Source: Candidatus Bathyarchaeia archaeon
Lineage (GTDB): Archaea > Thermoproteota > Bathyarchaeia > Bathyarchaeales > Bathycorpusculaceae
Assembly: GCA_050012755.1 (NCBI GenBank)
Contig: JBEKGO010000017.1
Coordinates: 1 to 50,094, forward strand
DNA: 50,094 nt
Reading direction: 5' to 3'
Program-made: the position numbers and the translations under genes
Shown here: positions 21,164-30,264 of the stretch, one piece after another
How the letters are laid out: the number at the start of each line of letters is the position of its first letter
Position numbering within the stretch: position 1 is the first letter of the stretch
The notes under the pieces: model-generated
The model's database searches: none
Told to the model about the DNA's origin: nothing
The model's input: only the letters and a program-made list of their open reading frames with translations

Positions 21164-21480
21164 TTCACTTGCAAGCAACCACCAAAGCAGGCAAGTATGC
21201 TCAATATTGTAAATTTAAAAATCTGCTTTTTCGGTTGTTTAAAAGCTAACCAAATTTAATCAGTTATCTTTATTATGTTACTGAACTGTTTTTTAAAAGA
21301 AATTCGATAAGAATTTATTCATTTTGATGGAAATATCAAAGTGCTAAAGTGCGCAATAGTGTAGCTCTGGAACAGACTTAGGAAGAAAAACGATTAATGG
21401 CAGGAGAGATTCAAACCTGTTGCTTTTCAAAAGTTTTTGCTTATTTCGCTCTTTCAGCTCTTGTGGTTTGAACCCATTAG

Positions 21481-21610
21481 AGACTGTGTGAAAACTCAAA
21501 TCGTCGTCAAAAAAATTGCGTACTACATGTAAATTACGGAGACTGATGCTGTCAATTTGATCTTAAAGATAGCATTTTTCTAAAATCTTTTGGAGTTTTT
21601 ACACAGTCTG
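21481..21610. mobile_element. MITE (~130 bp), IS1182-like ends
   Basis: 17-bp TIRs AGACTGTGTGAAAACTC / GAGTTTTTACACAGTCT (1 mismatch); flanking direct repeat ATTA(G); no transposase; IS family is inference. Confidence 0.8.
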
Positions 21611-21614
21611 ATTA

Positions 21615-21640
21615 GGGTTCAAATCCCACCCCCTGCACCA
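21615..21640 (+). other. tRNA 3'-end fragment (Leu-like), possible att remnant
   Basis: GGGTTCAAATCCCACCCCCTGCACCA = T-loop, acceptor strand and CCA; no 5' half seen. Confidence 0.7.
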
Positions 21641-21800
21641 AATCCTCATTGAAAATTAACTTTCAGAGTTCAATGAAACTCATATCATATCGATTGTTTT
21701 CAGCATGGGATGGGATAATGGGTGAAACTGCGAGCGCAAAGCGGCATCATATCTGCTCCGCTAACTTGACAATTTATAAAATAAAAAAAGAAGAAGAGGT

Positions 21801-22556
21801 TTACAGCTTTGTGTACTTTGAGTCAGCAGTTTTTGGTCGTTTCAAGAAGTAGCTGGTTACTACTGCAACAGATGACAACAACGCAACCAAGCCAAATGTT
21901 AAGCCCTCTGGAACAGCGGTACTCACGGTAAGTGTTGAAACGCCTTTGTTTCCTATTGCATCTACTGCCGTTACAGAGTAGCTTCCGCTAGCCAAAGCGG
22001 CGGGCACAGTGATGGAGGCTGTGAAGGTGCCTGATGCACTTGTGGTTACGTTAGCAGCAGGAGTCACTTTATACTGATAATAAGTGTAGCTGCAGGTGGC
22101 CGTTAAAGCATAGGTTGATAAATCCAATGTGGAAGTACGACCAAATACGCCTGTTACATAATTCACAGTGCCCCCGGCAGAGTAGCTACTTGTGCTTGAT
22201 AGTGTTCCATCGCCATTATCGGTCCAATCGGATCCCGTACCAGCAGTGTCCCAGTGCATGCTGAAGGAACCTGGTTTGATCGGATAATGAGCTAATGTGG
22301 CCGTATATGGACCATTACCAGTTCCTGAAAAGGTGGTGATTGTTTCGTTAGTTACCGTTATCTCTTGTCCAAGTCCTATGCCTACAGCTTGTGTTGCCCC
22401 AAAGCCTGTGCCTGCGACTGTTACTGATCCGCCTGTTGTTTGTGTTGTTGGCGTTAGGGTTATCGATCCTGCCGCCGCTGTTACAGAAGCGAAAGCAAAA
22501 GATAGCATTAAGATTGCCATTATACATGCGATGACATGTTTTGTTTTATATTTCAT
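21801..22556 (-). CDS. Secreted Thr/Ser-rich Ig-like surface protein with PEF-CTERM-like anchor
   Basis: Signal peptide; GTGF, ASGTFTASITVP; VPEG + TM + basic tail. Confidence 0.75.
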   Translation of the reverse strand: MKYKTKHVIACIMAILMLSFAFASVTAAAGSITLTPTTQTTGGSVTVAGTGFGATQAVGIGLGQEITVTNETITTFSGTGNGPYTATLAHYPIKPGSFSMHWDTAGTGSDWTDNGDGTLSSTSSYSAGGTVNYVTGVFGRTSTLDLSTYALTATCSYTYYQYKVTPAANVTTSASGTFTASITVPAALASGSYSVTAVDAIGNKGVSTLTVSTAVPEGLTFGLVALLSSVAVVTSYFLKRPKTADSKYTKL

Positions 22557-22614
22557 ATTTTTTCTCCTAGATTCTTATGGAAAGTTGATATCATTGGACT
22601 TTCTAAATAAGCCT

Positions 22615-22633
22615 CACTCACGTATCGTGAGTG
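22615..22633. promoter_or_regulatory. Palindromic operator copy 3
   Basis: Perfect CACTCACG-TAT-CGTGAGTG adjacent to TATA-like element of the gene starting at 22556. Confidence 0.78.
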
Positions 22634-22875
22634 CAAAAAGAGCTAAATTTGCGAAATTGCCCTTAGACTTTTTTTAGCGTTTTCAATAAGAGTTTATCGG
22701 ATTTTGTTTCTTGTTGACTCAAGATTCGCTAATATTTTAAGCGCTCCCCATCGGAGTCGCCGTAAAACCAAACTCAACCTGAAAGGTGACCAATATTCAA
22801 ATATTTGCCGAATGAAAATTATTAATTCATATTATTTTCAATTTAGTTATAGAGGTCTGCCGCAAAATAGTTACC

Positions 22876-23330
22876 ATGTTTTTATGTTCAAGTCGACTGA
22901 AGAGATTGATAAATAGCTTAACACTAATTATGCAAAATCTAAAGGTGTTTGGCAAGACCTGCGATGAAAAATCTTGGCTGAGAAAATTCACTCCTGGTAG
23001 ACCAAATAGTGTTTGGTCAAAAATCAACACAGAAATTGCAGTGCTTTTAATCAAAGAAGACAGGATGAAGCCACCAGGTCTAAGTCAAATAAAGGCTGCA
23101 GAATAAGATGGCAGATGGAAGATAGCTTACAAGCCACAGAGAACAGCCGTGTCGTCTACTGATCTTGGAAATGAACTGGAGAAACACAAGGAAGCAGCGG
23201 ATTTCCTGAAGACTCTTAACAAATCAGACGTTTACATAATTATTTTTCTGATTGAGACTACCGCAAGAAACGTATTAGTTCAAAATCAGCTTTGAAAAAA
23301 ATCAAATTACTAAAAAAAGGGAAAACTAAA
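22876..23330 (+). pseudogene. YdeI/OmpD-associated family pseudogene
   Basis: FTPGRPNSVWSKIN...RMKPPGL...AAE*DGRWKIAY with in-frame stop at 23104-23106; ends degenerate, boundaries approximate. Confidence 0.75.
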
Positions 23331-23346
23331 ATCTGACCTTGAGAGC

Positions 23347-23757
23347 CTAGTTACCAGTATTAGTTTCTGAGTCTTTTGCGTTTGATTCTTCGGGGTTTTG
23401 TTGCTCAGAGTTTTTGTGGTGCATTGCTATGACTTCATCTGTCAGCCTCTCTAATTCATCTATGTCTTCATTGAACTGTGTTTCGTCGTAGCCTTTTGCC
23501 AAATTGCCCATAACTTGTCCAATATTCGCTGTGACTTGTGCCCACATTTGCCGTTCTTTAGGTGTTATCGACTGCAACTTGCTTCCAACTTGCTGCTGAT
23601 CCACTTTGCCCTTAGCTATCAAAACGGCTATCTCAAATAATTCGTCAAGTTCAGTTATCCACTTTTTTCTCAACGTCTGTGTTTCAACTGCAACTGTGTG
23701 TTTAAGCCGACTAATGCGTGCTTCAATCTGCGTAGTATACTCAGGATTTTGTTTCAT
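23347..23757 (-). CDS. Hypothetical helical protein
   Basis: 136-aa ORF with GGAGGTGA SD. Confidence 0.7.
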   Translation of the reverse strand: MKQNPEYTTQIEARISRLKHTVAVETQTLRKKWITELDELFEIAVLIAKGKVDQQQVGSKLQSITPKERQMWAQVTANIGQVMGNLAKGYDETQFNEDIDELERLTDEVIAMHHKNSEQQNPEESNAKDSETNTGN

Positions 23758-23987
23758 TTTGTTTTTTCACCTCCAAAATTCCCTTTTTTATTTATTCTCT
23801 TATGCGAGAACCAAGACTATGGAAACTATCGTATGGGTATTAATCAAGCAAATCGATTTTCAAATCTCGTTCACAAATACAACTGGACTATTCAATTTCG
23901 ACGCAGATAATTTCGCCAAAAAAAGTGGTTAAGTTTCTATCCGATGCAAAAATTACAAAAAGATAAAGGCAGAGTCTCCACCCAACA

Positions 23988-24092
23988 CCACTCTTTAGGC
24001 GGCGACAGCGACCAAACGCGTTTCTTGCGAAAAACGCTTGCTCACTGCAATATTGCTCCATACTATTCTACAGGCCACTCTTTGGGCGGCGA
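23988..24092. repeat. 18-bp direct repeat pair
   Basis: CCACTCTTTAGGCGGCGA (23988) and CCACTCTTTGGGCGGCGA (24075), 87-bp spacing. Confidence 0.7.
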
Positions 24093-24256
24093 GGATAGAC
24101 GAGATGCTTTTACGCGGAAAAGCAATGGCTCGTGTGTTTCAGTTATCCTGTGAGTTTAAAAAGATTCTGGCATCTCCAAAGAGCTGTATCTGAAAACGGA
24201 CATATTGCCTCCAGAATTTTGCCGGATACTTTTGATCGAAATTACATAAGACAGAT

Positions 24257-24535
24257 TTACGCTGGTTCAATCATGACTTCTAGTGGATATCCAGGCAAAC
24301 TCGTTTTCTCATCTTCAAAGAGGCCCAACACCAACTTTGGAATAGATATGCGCCCGTCTTTTCGCATCTTTGCATAAAAAAACTGCCAGCCTTTATGCAA
24401 CTCTAAAAAATTCACTCCCACCTTCAATGCCTGATCAGTCTCCATTTTGAAGCGCCACCGAACCAGTTTTGGAATTTGCACCGTGTTGGTTTTCTGAAGT
24501 GTTGCAGTAAAGGTAACTTTCTCTGTTAGTGGCAT
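24257..24535 (-). CDS. Tandem AbrB/SpoVT (MraZ-like) swapped-hairpin DNA-binding protein
   Basis: Two internal repeats LQKTNTVQIPKLV and MRKDGRISIPKLV; ATG at 24535 with TATA-like CTTAAG about 30 bp upstream. Confidence 0.7.
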   Translation of the reverse strand: MPLTEKVTFTATLQKTNTVQIPKLVRWRFKMETDQALKVGVNFLELHKGWQFFYAKMRKDGRISIPKLVLGLFEDEKTSLPGYPLEVMIEPA

Positions 24536-24570
24536 ATAGATTCTTGCTTTAGACACTTGTACTTAAGGAT

Positions 24571-24724
24571 TTAGAGAACGCAGGGAAACGGGAATAAACG
24601 CAGACAAACGCGATTAAACGGGAAAACACTCAAAACAACGCAGATCAACGGGAAAAAACGCAACCTGCAAACGGATCACATTGTAAATCAAAAAAGCAAA
24701 CTGGAACACAAACAACAAAATTTA
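24571..24724 (+). repeat. Decamer-array + core element, copy 1 (motif AACG)
   Basis: 9 decamers ending AACG (one variant), 24571-24660; core GCAACCTGCAAACGG...AAAATTTA 24660-24724. Confidence 0.9.
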
Positions 24725-24805
24725 CCCCTGCTTCCCCCACCAGGAACTCAGCCTACACATTAATAAAATGCGCAATTAATAATTCAATTTAGAAGGTCTC
24801 TAGTT

Positions 24806-26857
24806 TTGCAGCCAAGTCATGAAAATAAGCCTAATCGACTCATTAAAGAAAAAAGCCCTTATCTTCTCCAGCATGCCTACAACCCAGTAGACTGGTACCC
24901 TTGGAGCCGAGAAGCCCTAGAGAAAGCGAAAGCTGAAGATAAACCAATTTTTCTCAGCATCGGCTACTCCAGTTGCCACTGGTGCCACGTTATGGAGGAG
25001 GAATGCTTCAACGACCAACAAGTTGCAGACCTCTTAAACAAGGTTTTTGTCTGCATTAAAGTTGATCGCGAAGAAAGACCCGACTTGGACGCGGCTTACA
25101 TGGCTGTTTGTCAAGCTATGGGCAGAAACTGCGGTTGGCCACTTAACATAATGCTTACGTCTAAGCTTAACCCGTTTTACGCTGCCAGCTACATACCAAA
25201 ATTCAGCAGAGCAGGCTTAGTGGGCATGTTGGATCTTGTTCCTCAAATTATGAAAATTTGGAAGGGACAACGCCCTCAGCTTGAAGTTGTGGGAGCTGAC
25301 ATCAAGAGCCGAATCGAATACTTGGAAAAGAGAACTCCTCAACAATCTTTAGGCAAAGAAGTGCTAAGAGACACTTTTGAGCGCTTAACATTAGATTTTG
25401 ATAAGGAAAACGGTGGCTTTGGCACTTCTCCAAAATTTCCAACTCCCCATAGGCTGATGTTTCTAATGCATTACTACGCGAGAACGCAAGAAACGAAGGC
25501 ATTAGCTATGGCTGAGCAGACGCTAAGGCAGATGAGGCTAGGCGGAATCTTTGATCAGATCGGTCTTGGATTTCATCGTTACAGCACAGATCCGCGATGG
25601 CTGGTGCCCCACTTCGAAAAAATGCTTTACGACCAAGCTCTGCTCACATTAGCTTATGTTGAAGCGTACCAGGTAACAAAGGCTGGAAAATTTAGGATAA
25701 CCGCAAAGGAAACGATGGATTACTGCATGAGAGATTTATCTTCGTCAGAAGGCGGCTTTTTCTCAGCTCAAGATGCCGATTCAGAGGGTGAAGAGGGCAA
25801 ATATTATCTGTGGACCATGCAGGAAGTCATGGATTCATTAAAACCGGCAGATGCAGACTTGGCTGTTCACCTATTTGGGTTAAAGGCTGACGGCAACTTT
25901 CCAAATAGCAGAGGACAAAATATTCTTCACCTCGCCGAACCCCTTGACGAACTCGCAGCATACAAAGGCTTAACACTGGATGAACTCATAATGAGGCTGG
26001 GCAAAATTCAACATATATTTCTTGAAGTAAGAAAAAAACGGGTGCCCCCGGCGATAGATGACAAAGTTTTAACTGACTGGAACGGCTTGATCATAGCAGC
26101 TTTGGCCAAAGCCGGCGGTATTTTTAATGAATCAAAGTACCTTGATGCTGCAAAGAAAACAGCAGACTTCATCCTAAACCGTCTGTTCAAAGAGGGCACG
26201 CTGTTTCATCGGTATGCAAAAGGCGAAGCAGCAATAGATGGCTTTCTAGACGACTACGCGTTCTTCACATGGGGGCTAATTGAGCTCTATGAAGCAACGT
26301 TCGAAGACAAATATCTCGAAGCAGCCACAGCACTAACAAAGAGTATGGTAGCGAAGTTTTGGGATGACAAAAACGGCGGATTTTACCACACACAAACCAG
26401 TGAGGCGGGACTGCCAAAACTCAAGCAGCTGTATGACGGAGCAGCTCCCTCAGGCAACTCTGTGGCACTTTACAATCTGTTGCGGCTAAGCCGCTTAACC
26501 AACGAACTTACCTACGAAACAATGGCAACCCAAATAACAAAAACATTCGCGCAGGAAGTAGAAGGAGCGCCTGAAGCATACACATTCTTTCTTTTGGCTT
26601 ATGATTTTTTGATCGGCCCATCTTACAGCGTTACTTTAGTTGGCGAACAAACGCACAAAGACATCGCGGAAATGCTTGATGAATTAAAGAAGCGTTATCT
26701 TCCTACAACCACTGTGTCAATTAAGAGTCCAGAAAAATCTGCTTTCGATTATCAGCAAATCGAGGGCAAAGCAACGGCATACGTCTGTCGAGACCAAATG
26801 TGCCTTCCACCCACCAATAACGTCACCCAAATGCTTGAACAGCTAGGTGTGAAATGA
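24806..26857 (+). CDS. Thioredoxin-domain protein YyaL/SSP411 (DUF255 + six-hairpin fold)
   Basis: [46 protein letters not shown]. Confidence 0.93.
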   Translation: MQPSHENKPNRLIKEKSPYLLQHAYNPVDWYPWSREALEKAKAEDKPIFLSIGYSSCHWCHVMEEECFNDQQVADLLNKVFVCIKVDREERPDLDAAYMAVCQAMGRNCGWPLNIMLTSKLNPFYAASYIPKFSRAGLVGMLDLVPQIMKIWKGQRPQLEVVGADIKSRIEYLEKRTPQQSLGKEVLRDTFERLTLDFDKENGGFGTSPKFPTPHRLMFLMHYYARTQETKALAMAEQTLRQMRLGGIFDQIGLGFHRYSTDPRWLVPHFEKMLYDQALLTLAYVEAYQVTKAGKFRITAKETMDYCMRDLSSSEGGFFSAQDADSEGEEGKYYLWTMQEVMDSLKPADADLAVHLFGLKADGNFPNSRGQNILHLAEPLDELAAYKGLTLDELIMRLGKIQHIFLEVRKKRVPPAIDDKVLTDWNGLIIAALAKAGGIFNESKYLDAAKKTADFILNRLFKEGTLFHRYAKGEAAIDGFLDDYAFFTWGLIELYEATFEDKYLEAATALTKSMVAKFWDDKNGGFYHTQTSEAGLPKLKQLYDGAAPSGNSVALYNLLRLSRLTNELTYETMATQITKTFAQEVEGAPEAYTFFLLAYDFLIGPSYSVTLVGEQTHKDIAEMLDELKKRYLPTTTVSIKSPEKSAFDYQQIEGKATAYVCRDQMCLPPTNNVTQMLEQLGVK

Positions 26858-26964
26858 GATACCTTTTCCAAACACTAATCGTTAAGTTAAAGACTAAACC
26901 CTCATAGACTCCTAAGTTAATAAGAAGAGATTTGGGCAAATGCTTAAATTCTGATTTCATATTA

Positions 26965-26991
26965 GTGTGAAATGTGTGAAAAGTGTGATTT
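26965..26991 (+). promoter_or_regulatory. Three 9-bp direct repeats, probable autoregulatory operator
   Basis: GTGTGAAAT-GTGTGAAAA-GTGTGATTT between TATA-like CTTAAAT (26943) and ATG 26995. Confidence 0.6.
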
Positions 26992-26994
26992 GAA

Positions 26995-27228
26995 ATGGAA
27001 AGAAAACGTAACGTACAACTCTATGGAACTGTAAAAGTCGGCGACAGAGGACAAGTAGTCATACCAGCTGATGCCCGCAAAGAACTCGACATTAAACCAG
27101 GCGACCTCCTCCTCGTTATGTCAGGCAGAAACCGACGAGGCGTCACTATGGTCAAAGCTGACGCGATGAGAGAACTTGCAGAAAAAATAATGCAAGGCTT
27201 AGAATCTCCAGAAGAAAAAAACGAATAA
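26995..27228 (+). CDS. AbrB/MazE/SpoVT family regulator
   Basis: GTVKVGDRGQVVIPADARKELDIKPGD. Confidence 0.9.
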   Translation: MERKRNVQLYGTVKVGDRGQVVIPADARKELDIKPGDLLLVMSGRNRRGVTMVKADAMRELAEKIMQGLESPEEKNE

Positions 27229-27241
27229 CTAGGAAAAACAA

Positions 27242-27751
27242 ATGTTTAGAAACCCAGAAGAAATACGGCGACGAATAAGCGAGATAGTGGAAAAGTTCCG
27301 TCAAAAAGGAGCTACAAGCCCCGAGAAAGCAATGACACTTCAGGAACTGGATCTGCCGCCCCGTTTCGAACAAGCCATGCATCGTAGGCTCGGTCAAACA
27401 GGAATTTTTCTTGAAGTAAGCGGCAAATACTACCTAAACGAAGAACGGCTTAAACAGATTCAAGAGCAACGTGCAAATTCATCGTCTGGCAGCTATGGCG
27501 GCGGGATGAGGCAGCGTCCTCCGACTTGGCTACGTTACGCCGGAATCTTACTTATGTTACCAATCGGCATAATCGTTGCTGTTGTTCTGTACTTCTTTTT
27601 TGTCACCACGGGATCAGGATATTATCCAGGAGAATTCCTAATCATACTTTTGGTTGTTATGTTAATTGTGTTTGCGGCTCGAATGATGCTCTGGAGGTCA
27701 CGAAGGCGATACTGGGGTCAACAAAGAACAGGCAACGGACCTTACGCATGA
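27242..27751 (+). CDS. Hypothetical membrane protein (2 C-terminal TM)
   Basis: Soluble N-terminal domain followed by two hydrophobic segments. Confidence 0.75.
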   Translation: MFRNPEEIRRRISEIVEKFRQKGATSPEKAMTLQELDLPPRFEQAMHRRLGQTGIFLEVSGKYYLNEERLKQIQEQRANSSSGSYGGGMRQRPPTWLRYAGILLMLPIGIIVAVVLYFFFVTTGSGYYPGEFLIILLVVMLIVFAARMMLWRSRRRYWGQQRTGNGPYA

Positions 27752-27805
27752 CTGCCCTTATGTCCTTTCTATTTTTGCTCAAATAAGATAAAAAACTGAA
27801 AAAAA

Positions 27806-29212
27806 CTAAATTTTATCCAGATTAAATTCTTGGTGAATCGCTTTCACTACTGCTGCTCCATCCTTTTCCTTGACAACGAATGAAATGTTTAGCTCTGAGC
27901 TACCTTGTGCAATCATGCGTATGTTTATCCCTTTCTTCGCGACGGTTGAGAATATTTTTGATGCGACACCTAACATGCCTTTCATGTTTGCTCCCATAAC
28001 AGCAATTACTGCAACATCGTCCTCGGCTGAGACTTCGCTCACTAACCCCCCTCTGTCCAACAATGCGATTTCAAGGCTGCTGATTGCCCTGCCAAGGAGA
28101 CCTCGTTTGATAATCATTGAAATATTGGCTTCTGAAACAGCGGTGGAAATCATCATTACGTTTACGTCGTTTTTGCCTAAAACATCGAACACTTTTGTGT
28201 AGCTGCCTGGTGCACCTACCATTCCTGCACCGTTAACGTTCACCATGGCTACGTCTTTTATCAAAGCTACGGCTTTGACTACTTCTGTTGCTTTGGGATC
28301 TGGTTCTTTTGTTATGAGTGTGCCTGGGTTTTCAGGGTGGAAAACACTGCGTATTCTTACTGGGATATTTTCTTTCATTACTGGTTCCAATGCGCGTGGA
28401 TGCATGGCTTTTGCGCCGAAAATTGCCATTTCAGCGGCTTCTTGGTAGCTAAGCTGAGGTAGCATTTTAGCAGTTGGCACAATTTTGGGGTCAGTGGTCA
28501 TTATGCCGTCAACATCGGTCCATATCCAGACTTCGTCAGCCTCTAATGCTGCGCCTAGAATTGTGGCTGTATAATCTGAGCCGCCTCGGCCAACAGTCGT
28601 AACAATGCCATCCTGATTTGCGGCGATAAATCCTGTTACGACGGGGATTACGCTTTTTTCAAGCAGCGGTACGAGACGTTCTCGGATGAGATGAGTGGTA
28701 TAGTTCATCAGTGGATCGGCTTCGCCAAAGTTGGAGTCGGTAACAATGCCTGCTTCTTTGCCAGTGAACCATTGAGTTTCAAGTCCTTTGTCTTTTATTG
28801 CACCCCAAACTATAGGCGCAGATAATCGTTCACCAAAAGAAACCACATAATCTTTAGATTTGGGCGTCACTTCGCCAACATAGCAGATGCCTGTTAAAAC
28901 CTTCTCTAGCTCAGCTAAGGTTTTCTCAGTGGTCTGAGTAACTTCCGTTTGAACCTCTTTGCTGCTAATTGCGGATGAAACCACCTCCAAATGTTTCTTC
29001 AACAGCTGTTTGATGAAGTCTTCGATGTGTTTTTCATCGCTTTTTTTAGCTTGCTCGGCTACTTCAATTAGGCTGTTAGTTACACCTGCTAATGCTGAGA
29101 CAACCACCGCCACTTTGTCTTTTTTCGCGTTTTTAGCTACTAAGTCAACTACATGGCGTATGTTTTCGCCCGTGGCAACGCTTGTGCCGCCAAACTTCAT
29201 TACGATTTTCAT
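27806..29212 (-). CDS. lysC: Aspartate kinase
   Basis: KFGGTSV, GRGGSDYTA, TDVDG, C-terminal ACT domains. Confidence 0.95.
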   Translation of the reverse strand: MKIVMKFGGTSVATGENIRHVVDLVAKNAKKDKVAVVVSALAGVTNSLIEVAEQAKKSDEKHIEDFIKQLLKKHLEVVSSAISSKEVQTEVTQTTEKTLAELEKVLTGICYVGEVTPKSKDYVVSFGERLSAPIVWGAIKDKGLETQWFTGKEAGIVTDSNFGEADPLMNYTTHLIRERLVPLLEKSVIPVVTGFIAANQDGIVTTVGRGGSDYTATILGAALEADEVWIWTDVDGIMTTDPKIVPTAKMLPQLSYQEAAEMAIFGAKAMHPRALEPVMKENIPVRIRSVFHPENPGTLITKEPDPKATEVVKAVALIKDVAMVNVNGAGMVGAPGSYTKVFDVLGKNDVNVMMISTAVSEANISMIIKRGLLGRAISSLEIALLDRGGLVSEVSAEDDVAVIAVMGANMKGMLGVASKIFSTVAKKGINIRMIAQGSSELNISFVVKEKDGAAVVKAIHQEFNLDKI

Positions 29213-29214
29213 TT

Positions 29215-30258
29215 TTAGGACTCCGGGTAATTATTTAGCATTCGATTTGCTAACTTATGTCTTATGTCTAGGAGGTCTCTTAAAACTGCGCTTGCTGTTT
29301 CTATTCCGCCTGCGCCTCTGCCGATGAGAGTTTGTTCTGCGGCGTATTCGGTAGAGTAGGTTATTGCGTTTAGTACTCCGCTGACGCATAATGGGCTGTT
29401 TTTCGGTATTTCCGTTGGTTTGACTGACGTTTTGTCGCCGTCTATTGAGCCGATGAGCTTGATCGTATTGCCTCTCTTTGAAGCTTCATCAAGCGCTTGC
29501 AAAGACACATCGCGAATGCCTGTTCTTTCCACGTCTTTTAGCGTTATTTTCTTATTCATTATCCAGTTCGCTAGAATAACCACTTTGCACGCGGTATCAA
29601 ATCCGTCAATATCCATGGAAGGTTCTGTTTCGGCGTAGCCAAGCTTCTGCGCATTTTTGAGGGCTTCTTGGAAGGTTACGCGGTTTTGCGACATTTCTGT
29701 CAGTATGTAATTTGTCGTGCCGTTTAGTATGCCTCGTATGGAAAGGATTTTGTCTCCTGCTAGGCATCGTTTGGCAAACTCAAGCATGGGTGTTCCACCG
29801 CCTACCGTGCCGCTGAACCGCAGGTAAACATTGTTGTATTCTGCTAGTTCGGTGAGGGCTGGCATTGCCAGTGCTAATGGTCCTTTGTTGGTTGTAACGA
29901 CATGTTTTCCTGTTTTAAACGCAGTGGTGATATGTGATAGGGCTGGTTCTCCGTTTTTAATGTTGACAGGTGTGACCTCTACAACTACTTCTGCTTCAAC
30001 CGATGCGATAACGTCTAATGCAGGCATTCCTGGGTGTCCAAAGTCGGGGTCTGCAGATATTGGGTAACCCCGTTGCTTAATTGCTTCCAGCTTTTCAGGG
30101 CTTAAGCCTCTTGGGTTTAAAACCGCACCATCAATATCGGCAATTGCAACTATTTTTGGGTTAAACCCGTAATCCTTGACCTTTTCAGTATATCGCTGAG
30201 CCAGAATGGTAGTTACACCTTTCCCAACTACCCCATACCCAACTAAGATAATCCTCAT
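29215..30258 (-). CDS. hom: Homoserine dehydrogenase
   Basis: GYGVVG, VVTTNKGP, GILNGTTNYIL, GRGAG. Confidence 0.95.
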   Translation of the reverse strand: MRIILVGYGVVGKGVTTILAQRYTEKVKDYGFNPKIVAIADIDGAVLNPRGLSPEKLEAIKQRGYPISADPDFGHPGMPALDVIASVEAEVVVEVTPVNIKNGEPALSHITTAFKTGKHVVTTNKGPLALAMPALTELAEYNNVYLRFSGTVGGGTPMLEFAKRCLAGDKILSIRGILNGTTNYILTEMSQNRVTFQEALKNAQKLGYAETEPSMDIDGFDTACKVVILANWIMNKKITLKDVERTGIRDVSLQALDEASKRGNTIKLIGSIDGDKTSVKPTEIPKNSPLCVSGVLNAITYSTEYAAEQTLIGRGAGGIETASAVLRDLLDIRHKLANRMLNNYPES

Positions 30259-30264
30259 TCATAT

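Noticed and set aside
21340-21640. Intact or intron-split tRNA gene
   Set aside because: No matching 5' acceptor strand (GCAGGGG), D-arm or anticodon arm found; only the 3' 26 nt fit.
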